In this document: positions 10,301 to 18,770 of the stretch, in pieces | How positions within the stretch are numbered: the stretch's first letter is position 1 | Layout: every line of letters starts with the position of its first letter | Assembly: GCA_965205015.1 (NCBI GenBank) | Contig: OZ242029.1 | Coordinates: 1,856,001 to 1,920,000, forward strand | Source: Candidatus Poribacteria bacterium | GTDB taxonomy: Bacteria > Poribacteria > WGA-4E > WGA-3G | Direction: 5' to 3' | DNA length: 64,000 nucleotides | Made by a program: the position numbers and the translations under genes | Notes under the pieces: model-generated | Seen by the model: the letters and a program-made list of their open reading frames with translations, nothing else | Database searches by the model: none | What the model was told of the DNA's origin: nothing

Positions 10301-11132
10301 TTCTTCAGACGATTTAGCTGTACCAATTGCACTCAAGTTGTATTATTTCTACTATGTTTACGACAAGCAAGGGTTGGTTTTACCGCGTGATCTGACGTTC
10401 CAACTGATCATCCGTTCCCCCTTATTTGAAAACGTGCCAGTATTATATCAACATTTCCAACAGGGAAATTCAATGACAGATAGTTATTGGGTAGAGATCA
10501 CAAAAGCGTTCCTAGATCTCTACCCAGAAAAGGGTTTGGAATTTATTGAGCGGGTACTCCCTCATTTTGGGAAGGGAGGTACCATTTTTGGGGCATTCAA
10601 CACGGAAACAGTTTCTGTGATAACTGAATTGACAAAACGGTATCCAGACCAAGTGTGGAAGCACGTTAGCAAACGCCTGGAAGAACGTGATTTTTTCTTA
10701 GAAAGTTGGCTTAAAGAGGGAGATCCCGAAGAGTCTTTCTCAACGGCGGATGAAAAGGGAGCGTTAACCTTCATTCCGCGTGAAAAAATTTGGGAGTGGA
10801 TTGATGGAGATGTAGAAGATCGGGCATGGTATTTTGCCTACAGACTCGTCTCTAAAACCCTCTCGGTAGAGGAATGGCACAATTCTTTGGTGCGTGCTTT
10901 CCTTATTCGATACGGTGGACGTGAAGATGTCCGCAGAAATCTATGTGCGAACTATTCGACAGAGGGATGGACTGGTGAGCGAAGTTTGCACCTTGAGAAG
11001 AAAAAAGAAAAACTACTTCGCATTAAGGAAAGCGAAGAGAACACGAACGTCAAACGTTGGCTTGATGAATATATAGAGCAATTAGAAGAGGGCATTGAGC
11101 AGGCAAGGGTTGAGGAGGAGAGAAAATTTTAG
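7317..11132 (+). CDS. Nuclease-STAND NTPase with long helical C-terminus (Avs/NLR-like candidate defence protein)
   Basis: N-terminal DGGVDA...YQIKSG (D...QxK, Mrr-like); Walker A GEPGIGKT; Walker B LIVDEC; GSP motif; roughly 800-aa helical tail. Confidence 0.7.
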   Translation: MNSATIFTVRNEDLNRLDQYTSVEFFRRLLWAEARRLGIEINKVNVSLQVNVKDGGVDATVTDNDLDVVVVKNRTSTVSGLIKVGHTSYQIKSGKTKPNIKTELFKDEENLKEGVQACLDADGTYVLVCTGIDLDARRHKELLSQIKGCLEPYSTQPPKVEVWSQNTLIGMLESFPSLALLINGYSHAEFQTHQSWSNNADMQVPFIAAAAQNELIEKIQGGLREKVNAVHVRVLGEPGIGKTKLVFEATKADDLAPLVIYCTPAEFRASGLRREILREDSHFSAVLIVDECDPSNRYDIWNELQNQGPRIKLISIYNDYDQVPGSDISELETLRLADDQVSTIIQGYGISEEQAEQYIEFCDGSPRMAHHTGKVLVSHPGDPSQLLSDDYLYKKFYDFGDSQEEVQQRELVLQYIALFKRFGFGGAVIADAQAIAEKVREANPLVTWSKFQKIVNDLKKRKILQGQSTLYITPKALHIKLWVEWWWIYGASFDLETFTQGLPSKSKLITWFHEMFQYAAESEPASRVVKKLLGPNGPFQDGEYLNTRLGSRFFLALTEAEPKAALKCLMCTIGTWDKDALLKFTDGRRDVVWALEKIAMQRDLFVDAARLLLALGEAENEGWSNNASGVFARLFSHGRGRVAPTEASPAERLPVLKEAFESGSREQHLLALKACNEGLEFDRFSRVPGAEYRGLHKNADFWDPKTYGELFDAYRQIWQLLSEQLESLSEDEQVEAVTILLQRASRIARRPNLSNMVADTIQILSEKTYVDNKWLIKTVVEFLRHNGKDLPDGIRHRWEQLRDELVGSDFHAMMQRYVGMNLLEDAFDENENYLDQGHPQIHALAQQSVENPRLLQSELPWLVTTEAHNGYAFGNQLGKRDDGFVILPTLLEAQRNAEDNASVYFLGGYFRALFEGNIAEWEKQLDVLVEDTTLNVLIPEITHLSGMTKPAGLRLLKLAKDGVMDIKFFASFFRKHVIDNLSDEVFAEWIEFLLNSSDDLAVPIALKLYYFYYVYDKQGLVLPRDLTFQLIIRSPLFENVPVLYQHFQQGNSMTDSYWVEITKAFLDLYPEKGLEFIERVLPHFGKGGTIFGAFNTETVSVITELTKRYPDQVWKHVSKRLEERDFFLESWLKEGDPEESFSTADEKGALTFIPREKIWEWIDGDVEDRAWYFAYRLVSKTLSVEEWHNSLVRAFLIRYGGREDVRRNLCANYSTEGWTGERSLHLEKKKEKLLRIKESEENTNVKRWLDEYIEQLEEGIEQARVEEERKF

Positions 11133-11160
11133 GAGCGATCTTTCCTCACTATGCTATCTC

Positions 11161-11189
11161 GTAGGGCACAAGCTAACAGTTTGTGCTAC
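11161..11189. repeat. GTAG-type REP between convergent genes
   Basis: GTAGGGCACAAGCTAACAGTTTGTGCTAC palindrome, related to 1257-1280. Confidence 0.6.
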
Positions 11190-11200
11190 AAAAAATTGCT

Positions 11201-11911
11201 TCAGTCTAATGTCTCCCCAACCGCTAACGAAACAATTTCTACATTCTGGGATGCTGTCAATTGTCGGAGTTCTTCGGGCGTTCCTGTCAAGAGTGGGAAA
11301 GTGCCGTAATGGATGGGCAGAATCGCTGGCACATTGAGCAATTGTGCGGCATAGGCGGCTTCACGCGGTCCCATCGTGAAATGGTCACCGATAGGGAGCA
11401 GTGCCAGATCAGGTTGGTAAATCTCGCCGATAATTCGCATGTCTCCGAAGACATTGGTATCCCCAGCGTGGTAGATTTTATAGCCATTCGTAAATTCAAT
11501 AACATAACCCGCGGGTTCACCGAGATAAACTGTGGTACCGTCTTCCTCTGTGAAACTGCTACTATGGTTTGCTGAGACCATCGTTGCCTTTATACCCCCA
11601 ACAGTAACAGTGCCACCTTTGTTCATACCGATCGTGTTCTCGACCCCCTGATTACCGAGCCATCCTGCAATTTCAACGATAGACACAACTGTTGATCCAT
11701 GTTTTTTCGCCAGTGGCACTGCATCGCTAATGTGATCCGCGTGTCCGTGCGTGATGAGGATAGCATCAAGGCGATCAAAAGTCTTGAGCGCATGGGGACA
11801 TACTGGGTTGTTGGTTACCCATGGATCTATAAGAAGTGTTTGTCCATCTGTTTCGATTTTAAAGGTGGAGTGTCCAAGCCATGTCAGGCGTATACCGTTG
11901 TCAAGTTTCAT
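11201..11911 (-). CDS. Metal-dependent hydrolase, metallo-beta-lactamase fold (UPF0173)
   Basis: LTWLGHS, THGHADH, YHAGDT, PIHYGTFP; start at MKLDNG preceded by AAAGGA. Confidence 0.9.
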   Translation of the reverse strand: MKLDNGIRLTWLGHSTFKIETDGQTLLIDPWVTNNPVCPHALKTFDRLDAILITHGHADHISDAVPLAKKHGSTVVSIVEIAGWLGNQGVENTIGMNKGGTVTVGGIKATMVSANHSSSFTEEDGTTVYLGEPAGYVIEFTNGYKIYHAGDTNVFGDMRIIGEIYQPDLALLPIGDHFTMGPREAAYAAQLLNVPAILPIHYGTFPLLTGTPEELRQLTASQNVEIVSLAVGETLD

Positions 11912-12060
11912 TGGATCTGTTCCTTTATTTTTACTCGTAGAACGAGATAAATTCATTGGCAAATATTCATCTCTTACCATGGTTCTTTACGCTGTAAGAC
12001 TTTTTGAATACTGAGGTTGTACCATGCTATGTCCTAAATATCGAATGCTTTTGTCCTACT

Positions 12061-12627
12061 TTAAATCATACCCCTAAGATCGGTTATAATCATTGACTCC
12101 CCATTTTCTTCCGTAATCTCCCAATATTTTTTTTGAAGCGGAATAACCTTTCCTGCGTCCGCTGTATATCCCCAAATTTCCTTTTCAATAATGACAAGTC
12201 TTTCAATGTTCGATTGTGCTAATTTCTCAAAATCAATTGTCTTCACCTTAGGATTCATATGATGAATGTCATTCCGGTAGCTGCGATAGATAGCTAAGGA
12301 GGCATTAGCACAATTTTCTGTGATAATATTTTGTTTCTTAAGTTCTGATATAAGTTGTTCCTTATTTTCAAAATTTGCCGTGTTGATATTGTTTTCAACA
12401 GCAACAAACTTTAGAATCCCTTCGTTTACTGCCTGGACCATCATGACGGTTGCAATAAAATGCCCTGCGAAATAGCATTCTAGACATTCTGTTGATGCTG
12501 CCGAAAAATATGTGTGGCCAATAAGGGTGTGATGTTCCAAATCAATACGGCGCTTTATTCTCTCGTCAAAAGTGGAGTTATCTTGTTTTTTTAAGAAGTC
12601 ACGTAACATTGATTCAGGTATAGACAT
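12061..12627 (-). CDS. HEPN-like (DUF4145-like) protein
   Basis: Helical N-part ECYFAGHFIATVMMVQAVNEG and Rx4H motif RNDIHH; visibly AT-rich compared with neighbours. Confidence 0.55.
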   Translation of the reverse strand: MSIPESMLRDFLKKQDNSTFDERIKRRIDLEHHTLIGHTYFSAASTECLECYFAGHFIATVMMVQAVNEGILKFVAVENNINTANFENKEQLISELKKQNIITENCANASLAIYRSYRNDIHHMNPKVKTIDFEKLAQSNIERLVIIEKEIWGYTADAGKVIPLQKKYWEITEENGESMIITDLRGMI

Positions 12628-12630
12628 GTG

Positions 12631-13752
12631 TTATTTCCTCTTGTTTAAAATTTGTCGTAGACTCTGGGCGATGATTTCTACCTCTCCGGGCATTAGCGTT
12701 TGTCCATTGATAATAATACCGTTTTCTCCTGCGCTTGGAAGGTCAATCGAGGGCTCACCGTCTGCGAGTTGCTGAAGGATTTCGTTCCGTGTGATACCGA
12801 GGTGTTCTGCATCAAATCGGATTTCAGTGCGGGGCATCGGTTGTCCGGCTTCGGAAGGGAAGATACGATGGACGGTAACGCCTTGGATATCCGAGAACGC
12901 TTCGTCGTAGTAGGTAACCTGATCCTCGTAGGATTGCTGTAATTTGTCGTGGTCTTGATCCAGATACCATTCAACAGCGGTAAGGAGTCCTACCAACTCT
13001 TCTTTCCCCACCTTCATTCCCCTGCCGATGAAAGGATGTGGGGGTCCGTTGAAAGCGATAGCCTCAATCAACGATTTTTTTCCCACAATTAACCCACTAC
13101 TCTGCGGTCCGTGCAACCCTTTCCCGCCGCTAAAGAGTGCCAAATCAGCACCCATCTGCGTGAAACGCCATAAGTTTTCAGGGGGTGGTAATTGTGCTGC
13201 GGCATCAACGATGAGGGGAATATTATGCCTTTTCGCAATCGAGATGGCTTCCTCATAAGGCACCCAGAGGTGTTCTCTACTGGGGTTTGCGAAGTAGAAG
13301 ATCGCAGCGGTCTTTTCCGTAATGGCGTTCTCTAACGCATCGGGGGTTGTTCCCTTTTCATCACCTATCTCTACGAAAGTGACACCAACCTGCCGAACGG
13401 CGTAATCGTATCCGACCCGACCGTGACGATGCACAATGACTTCACTTTTCATTGAGGGATCAAGGTGCGGCAATTTTTCGCGTTTATCTGAGTCAAGTCC
13501 GGTGATACACGCCGCAGTGCTGAGGGTCAAAGCAGCGGCAGCACCGCAGGAGACATACGCCGCTTCGTTGTGGGTGAGTTTCGCAATCTCTTCCCCGACC
13601 CGTTTTTGGAGTTCAATGATGTCTACAAAATGCTTGGCAGCGTCCGCCATCGCCGCTATGACCTCGGGGGGCATGATCGAACCACCGAGCCGTGTGAGCG
13701 TCGCATTACCGTTGATGACTGTGCGAATACCTAAGCGTTTGTAAATGCTCAT
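12631..13752 (-). CDS. SelA-like PLP-dependent enzyme (DgaE-like family)
   Basis: VINGNATLTRLGGS, VDAAA, FSGGK (PLP lysine), GRGMKVGKEE; 373 aa. Confidence 0.85.
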   Translation of the reverse strand: MSIYKRLGIRTVINGNATLTRLGGSIMPPEVIAAMADAAKHFVDIIELQKRVGEEIAKLTHNEAAYVSCGAAAALTLSTAACITGLDSDKREKLPHLDPSMKSEVIVHRHGRVGYDYAVRQVGVTFVEIGDEKGTTPDALENAITEKTAAIFYFANPSREHLWVPYEEAISIAKRHNIPLIVDAAAQLPPPENLWRFTQMGADLALFSGGKGLHGPQSSGLIVGKKSLIEAIAFNGPPHPFIGRGMKVGKEELVGLLTAVEWYLDQDHDKLQQSYEDQVTYYDEAFSDIQGVTVHRIFPSEAGQPMPRTEIRFDAEHLGITRNEILQQLADGEPSIDLPSAGENGIIINGQTLMPGEVEIIAQSLRQILNKRK

Positions 13753-13756
13753 TTGA

Positions 13757-13860
13757 ATGGTTATCGGAAACTATCAGTTTTCAGCAAAAGGATCTTGCGG
13801 CAGTTATGCAACTTTTATATGCTACACACTGGCTGCCGACTGCCGACTGCTGATAACTAT
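13757..13860. repeat. Heptamer-repeat inverted-repeat element
   Basis: ATGGTTATCGG...CTGATAACTAT ends with internal (A/G)TC(A/G)G-type and CTGCCGA heptamers. Confidence 0.6.
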
Positions 13861-14673
13861 CTATCCAACCTCTTCACCATCTAATTTGCCGACGTGGAGA
13901 TCGATCTCATCGCGCGACTCAATCTTGTCGACCTTACCGTCTGCCATGTGGAAAATACGGTCAGAGACATCTAACATCTTGTGATCGTGTGTTGCGGTGA
14001 TGATGGTTACGCCGTTTTCAGCATTGAGTCGACGGAGGAGGGCGATGATTTCGAGTCCGGTTTTGGTGTCCAAGTTTCCAGTCGGTTCATCGGCGAGAAC
14101 GATTGCGGGATCGTTTGCGAGCGAGCGTGCAATCGCAACACGCTGTTGTTGTCCACCGGAGAGTTCTAACGGCTTGTGTTGCACGCGGTCACCGAGTCCG
14201 ACGAGTGTAAGGAGGTCAACGCCTTTCTCTCTGCTTTCGTCGGCACTCATACCCGCGAAGATCATCGGAAGTGAAACGTTTTCGAGTGCCGTCATAACTG
14301 GGATGAGATTGAACGATTGAAAGATATAGCCGATCTTCCGGCAGCGAAGCCATGCGAGTTCATACGCGTCAAGTTGTGCGATGTCCACCTCATCAATGTA
14401 GACTCTGCCCTCGGTCGGTTTGTCTAAACCACCAATCATGTTGAAAAGTGTCGATTTCCCTGAACCGGAGGGACCCATAATAGAGATGTACTCGCCGCGC
14501 TGGATTTGGAAATTGACGCCACGGAGGGCATCGACGGTCTGTGTTCCCATCTCATATCGCTTGATAAGGTTCCGGACGCGAACCGTATTTTCCTTAGGGA
14601 GAACGCGTTGAAACTTTTCCGGAGTTTCGGAGAGAATGGCATTAACATCGCCGATTTCTGTTGGTATATTCAT
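13861..14673 (-). CDS. ABC ATPase, LolD/MacB family
   Basis: GPSGSGKST, IGYIFQSFNL, LSGGQQQRVAIAR, LADEPTGNLD, ATHD. Confidence 0.95.
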   Translation of the reverse strand: MNIPTEIGDVNAILSETPEKFQRVLPKENTVRVRNLIKRYEMGTQTVDALRGVNFQIQRGEYISIMGPSGSGKSTLFNMIGGLDKPTEGRVYIDEVDIAQLDAYELAWLRCRKIGYIFQSFNLIPVMTALENVSLPMIFAGMSADESREKGVDLLTLVGLGDRVQHKPLELSGGQQQRVAIARSLANDPAIVLADEPTGNLDTKTGLEIIALLRRLNAENGVTIITATHDHKMLDVSDRIFHMADGKVDKIESRDEIDLHVGKLDGEEVG

Positions 14674-14685
14674 TTTTTTCTCCTT

Positions 14686-14772
14686 TAGTGGTTATTGGCA
14701 GTCGGCTATCGAAAACCATCAGCCAGAGGGACTTGTGGTAGGGGAGAGCGTTTGCAGCTGCGCTGACCACTA
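14686..14772. repeat. Heptamer-repeat inverted-repeat element
   Basis: TAGTGGTTA...TGACCACTA ends with GTCGGCT/ATCAGCC heptamers. Confidence 0.55.
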
Positions 14773-14788
14773 ATCGTCATTGCGTTAC

Positions 14789-15256
14789 TTACCGTCTCTG
14801 TAGGAATCCAAAAATACCCTGTTTTTCAGGTTCGGGTTCGGGCGTTACGGGAGCGTTCTGTTGAGGGTTCGGAATGGCGAACCCGATGAAATTCCGTTTG
14901 CCAAGCTGCTGCATAAATGTAAACAGGGACGTTTCCGCTTCTTTCCGGGTCAACTGGTACTGGTTTTGGACCCCCTTTATAATCTGTGAGATGGTATGCT
15001 TACCGTCGCACATCTGCCACACATAAGTTCCGATGGAATCTAATACGATAACCCTTTTATTGGGGAGCATAAAAAGTTTACTGGCGAGTCGGATCCAGAG
15101 TTTGTCTTTCTGGGGAACAACGAGTGAGGCTTCGCCTTTGTCGTCTAGCTCCCAATTTATCAACTGGTTCCGAACAGGAAACGACTTCATGATCCGAGTC
15201 CGATCCATATCCGGACGTTTCTTAAGTTTGAGAGCGTATAAAATTCTGTTTAGCAT
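14789..15256 (-). CDS. PqqD family (RiPP recognition element-like) protein
   Basis: LDSIGTYVWQMCDGKHTISQII...EAETSLFTFMQQLGKRNFI fits the PqqD winged-helix pattern. Confidence 0.8.
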   Translation of the reverse strand: MLNRILYALKLKKRPDMDRTRIMKSFPVRNQLINWELDDKGEASLVVPQKDKLWIRLASKLFMLPNKRVIVLDSIGTYVWQMCDGKHTISQIIKGVQNQYQLTRKEAETSLFTFMQQLGKRNFIGFAIPNPQQNAPVTPEPEPEKQGIFGFLQRR

Positions 15257-15338
15257 AATGGTTGTCAGTGCGGATTTTTTTTCGCAAGAAAAACCCGGTG
15301 AATGCCACACGGCATTCATACCGTTGATTCACCGAAAA

Positions 15339-16436
15339 CTATCCGTGGTATTGAATACTTTCAGCAACTTTTTGCACGGTCGAACGCGCATCGGTACTGC
15401 CGATCGACTGGATAACATAGATACGATTAGACTGATTGCATCGCCATAGATGGAACACAAGGGCTGTTCTCTTGGATAACTTATCAAGCATCAGCACGGG
15501 ACTGAATGGCACACCATCATAGAGCCGTGTTTGTTCCCCAATGAGTGTCAAACGCTCATTATCTGAATCTGTCTCGGATGTTACTTCAAACCCGTAGCCA
15601 CGAATCGCTTTTGCGTATTTGGTACGAAACCATGCCTCTAATGGGTTTGGGGCATCTTTATAGTCGCTCAGCATCACTTCTGCGGGTCCGTATCGCTCCA
15701 CACTCAGTCGTCCTTTGTCGGGGGGTAGGGGGTTTTTGCTTGGGGTTTTTGCTTGGGTATTTTCTGCGGATTTCCCCAAGGTTATCTCACCCCTACCATC
15801 TTCTACAGAACCATTATTCTTTAGACGATTGCTTGCCAGTTTCGCCAGCCGTACTGCACTCTGAAAGGGAACAGGCTTGGCAACGAAGGCAAACAACAGG
15901 TAGCCGCTGAGCAGTTTCTGACGTTCCAACTTGTATTCTTTTGGAACCCCTAACTTAAGCCCGTAGGCACTCCACAATGTCAATGGGGCATCCCCGCGGT
16001 CTGTAATTGATTCAAAAATCCGAAGAACTGTAGGTCGCCAATTCTCCTTGAGCCGTCCCATCACCTGCACGATCGTAATTCGCTTCCCAGTGTGAAAAAT
16101 CAGCCCATTCGCACGAATGCTCCCTTTCCAACTAAAACCGAGAACCGTCCGTCCCTTAAAGAATTCCTCTTCTTTGATGAGATTAACGTTCCGACGAAAG
16201 GAGAGCTCGGTGCCTTTCTTATACGTCTTGCGAATCAGCTTGAAATATTCGTCAAGCGTTGCGTGGAGATCCGGCTTTTTGCGTCGGGTATGCGCCCATT
16301 TGAGTTCAAGGCGAGGCATCTCTGGATCGTCAAGCCGGAGATATCCTGTTTTCTGATCTCCGCTGAGTCCACTCAGTTCCCACGTCGTGGGGATTTCCAG
16401 TTCTATGCCTGCCCACCCAAAAACAGTCCATTCCAT
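15339..16436 (-). CDS. Hypothetical protein with two similar halves and an in-frame REP-derived insertion
   Basis: FGWAGIELEIPTTW...GYLRL versus WSAYGLKLGVPKEY...GYLLF; co-oriented within the operon. Confidence 0.75.
   Translation of the reverse strand: MEWTVFGWAGIELEIPTTWELSGLSGDQKTGYLRLDDPEMPRLELKWAHTRRKKPDLHATLDEYFKLIRKTYKKGTELSFRRNVNLIKEEEFFKGRTVLGFSWKGSIRANGLIFHTGKRITIVQVMGRLKENWRPTVLRIFESITDRGDAPLTLWSAYGLKLGVPKEYKLERQKLLSGYLLFAFVAKPVPFQSAVRLAKLASNRLKNNGSVEDGRGEITLGKSAENTQAKTPSKNPLPPDKGRLSVERYGPAEVMLSDYKDAPNPLEAWFRTKYAKAIRGYGFEVTSETDSDNERLTLIGEQTRLYDGVPFSPVLMLDKLSKRTALVFHLWRCNQSNRIYVIQSIGSTDARSTVQKVAESIQYHG
15725..15796. repeat. 72-bp composite REP inside a CDS
   Basis: GTAGGGG...CCCCTAC arms enclosing two TTTTTGCTTGGG modules; length equals 24 codons. 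Confidence 0.7.
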
Positions 16437-16443
16437 TTTTTTA

Positions 16444-16761
16444 TAGTTGTCAGTTATCAGTTGTCAGTTATCAGTTAAGAGAAGGTCCTGTTAAACGAAA
16501 ACTAATGGCTATTCCTAAGTTCTGAGTTTTTTCAGCAAGGCGGTTAACATTTTCTTCACATTGATATTCAAATGAATGATTATCGGTTTTAATAGTTGTT
16601 GGTTCGGTTTTTTCTTGCGAAAAAACCTTTTAGTTGTCAACTGTCAATCCAGAGGGTATCTTGTAACAATCTTCCCGGGTGTTGGAATATTCCAAGTTTT
16701 CGGTGAATTGTTACCCAACACCTCTTGTAACTGACAACTGACAACTGATAACTGACAACTA
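16444..16761. mobile_element. MITE-like element with about 33-bp heptameric terminal inverted repeats
   Basis: TAGTTGTCAGTTATCAGTTGTCAGTT(A/G)TCAGTTA at both ends in inverted orientation; TTA on both flanks. Confidence 0.55.
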
Positions 16762-18750
16762 TTAAAACGGTTTGACGATTACGGCTTTAGAGACAAGCGC
16801 AATAGCCACGGTTCCCATACCAATGAGACCGACACCGCAGGCAAATCCTGCTGCAAGTACCGGGTTGTACATATACCAACGCCGCATCCCAAATCGCTTG
16901 ATCATGTAAAACCGTCCAATAACTGCACCGAGCAGCCGTGTAACCATACTTCCTGGATCCGCGCCGATGCCACCAACAATACCGTAGAACCACATGGAGG
17001 GGAGTTTAAATACCCACAACATCCCGTAGATTGCAAGGCTTCCGGTAAACCCGGCGGCCACATAATCCCCTCGAATTGCTTGCAGCATTTGGCTGTTTCC
17101 ATCCCGCAGCGACGTTTTCCAGAGACACTCATTTGTGGCGTTAATCGGCCACATCATCTGTGCGAATGGATACTGCGCACTGGGGATCGGTGCAATCTTC
17201 CAGATAAAGTGCAGCACCACAATTCCACTGACGACCAGAATCGGCATAATCAACAGTGTACCGGCGAGATTTGACGTGAAGGTCGTTCCTGTCAATTCAA
17301 GGACTCGCCAACTCTGTGTGCCGCGCCCGTAATCTTCGTCGGGTAATGGTGCGAACCAGATATCGACCTCTTCATAGCGACTCAAAATGAAGGTAATTTC
17401 GTGTAGATACGGTATCTCAAAGAGGTCGCGTCCCAGCACACCGAAGGTCCGTGCGGTAATATACGAATTGATCGGTGTATACAGGAAAGCGTAACCTAAC
17501 AGGAAACTCAGCGGGAAATTCGGGACCATCCAGTGAATAAGCCATACAAATCCACCCATACCGATGAGCCACATTAATCCCATCAACCATATCGGGAAAT
17601 CACCACGGTTCGGAGGCGGAGCGAAGGTGCCGCGCTCGCCTGCGGTTTTCTGAGCCCTCCGCATTTTAAAGAGCATCGGAATTGAAGCCGCCATCCCTAC
17701 GATTGCGAAACTAAAGGATTTCCCCATGCCGCAACTAATCCAGAAATCCAGTCCGTTGAACAAGCCGACACCCCGGACATCCAAACCCGGCGTCCACTGA
17801 TGGAGAATCTCATACCGGTACAGAATTTGTGGGTTCAAGATAAATTGCGTTGCCATTGCGGCAATGAATTCTGTCATCACAATCGGGAACGGCAACACGA
17901 ACCCGAAGAGCATTTGTCCAAAATCGGTTCGGAACGCGAAAACACCCGTCGGCGCGAAACCTTCGATACTCTGTGTGAAATCTATCCACGGGATCTTCAG
18001 AATCTGAATCGGTTGGCTCATCATCACACCGGTGAGTGAAGGCACACCGATATAGAGGAACCCCCAAATGAGTCCTGCCATAGAGCCGATAGAGAAGACC
18101 CGCCATCGCCAGGTTTCTTCTTTACCTGTCGTTTCTGCAAGCGCCGTTGCCCCCTGCGCACTAATCGGTGCCATCGGATAGGGGAGGCGTTCAAGGTCTG
18201 CCGTAAGTCGGAACAGAATATACTGCCCACTGACAAAACGCAGGGTTCCCAGTAGTTTTCCTGCCAGGTAGATACCGATAGGCAGAAACCAGTCTGGATG
18301 TATAAGACTTCGCGTGAGCACGCCAACGGAATCGCCTGCCGGCACAATCCAATCTGGGATTTTGTCGGCGATTTCGTAGGAAGCTGCCTGTGGCGTGTTA
18401 ACAAAATAGGCGTACCAGATAAAATTCCGGTATTGGAGCCCACTTCCGACAGCCGCACCTGTTAACCCGAGGAGCATATAAAGCTCCTGTCGTCGGGCAG
18501 TTGTAAAGGAACGCCGCGCGAGTTCGGTGAATAGAATAACGGCAACCCAAGGTGCTGCACCAGCACCGGATTCACCGGATACATAACTGAGATAAATGGA
18601 ACCCGGCATCATCAGCAAGCCAACGAAAAGTGCTCCAACAAACACTTTAACTGTTAGTCCCGACTCAAAGGTACGAATACCGCCTTCAATGTCATATCGC
18701 TGTGCCCAAGCTTGCCATTCATCTGCTTGTGATACTCTTTCTCTCGCCAA
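16762..18750 (-). CDS. OPT-like (oligopeptide transporter superfamily) membrane protein
   Basis: About 660 aa with many TM helices, ERLPYPMAP motif; TTG start after AAGGAG. Confidence 0.75.
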   Translation of the reverse strand: MARERVSQADEWQAWAQRYDIEGGIRTFESGLTVKVFVGALFVGLLMMPGSIYLSYVSGESGAGAAPWVAVILFTELARRSFTTARRQELYMLLGLTGAAVGSGLQYRNFIWYAYFVNTPQAASYEIADKIPDWIVPAGDSVGVLTRSLIHPDWFLPIGIYLAGKLLGTLRFVSGQYILFRLTADLERLPYPMAPISAQGATALAETTGKEETWRWRVFSIGSMAGLIWGFLYIGVPSLTGVMMSQPIQILKIPWIDFTQSIEGFAPTGVFAFRTDFGQMLFGFVLPFPIVMTEFIAAMATQFILNPQILYRYEILHQWTPGLDVRGVGLFNGLDFWISCGMGKSFSFAIVGMAASIPMLFKMRRAQKTAGERGTFAPPPNRGDFPIWLMGLMWLIGMGGFVWLIHWMVPNFPLSFLLGYAFLYTPINSYITARTFGVLGRDLFEIPYLHEITFILSRYEEVDIWFAPLPDEDYGRGTQSWRVLELTGTTFTSNLAGTLLIMPILVVSGIVVLHFIWKIAPIPSAQYPFAQMMWPINATNECLWKTSLRDGNSQMLQAIRGDYVAAGFTGSLAIYGMLWVFKLPSMWFYGIVGGIGADPGSMVTRLLGAVIGRFYMIKRFGMRRWYMYNPVLAAGFACGVGLIGMGTVAIALVSKAVIVKPF

Positions 18751-18770
18751 ATTGAATGTTCTCCTTTCTT

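Noticed and set aside
12631-13752. True selenocysteine synthase selA
   Set aside because: Shorter than canonical SelA, with no selB, selD or tRNA-Sec nearby; fits SelA-like PLP lyases better
16444-16761. CRISPR array
   Set aside because: Repeats are contiguous heptamers in inverted orientation with no unique spacers, and no cas genes are present
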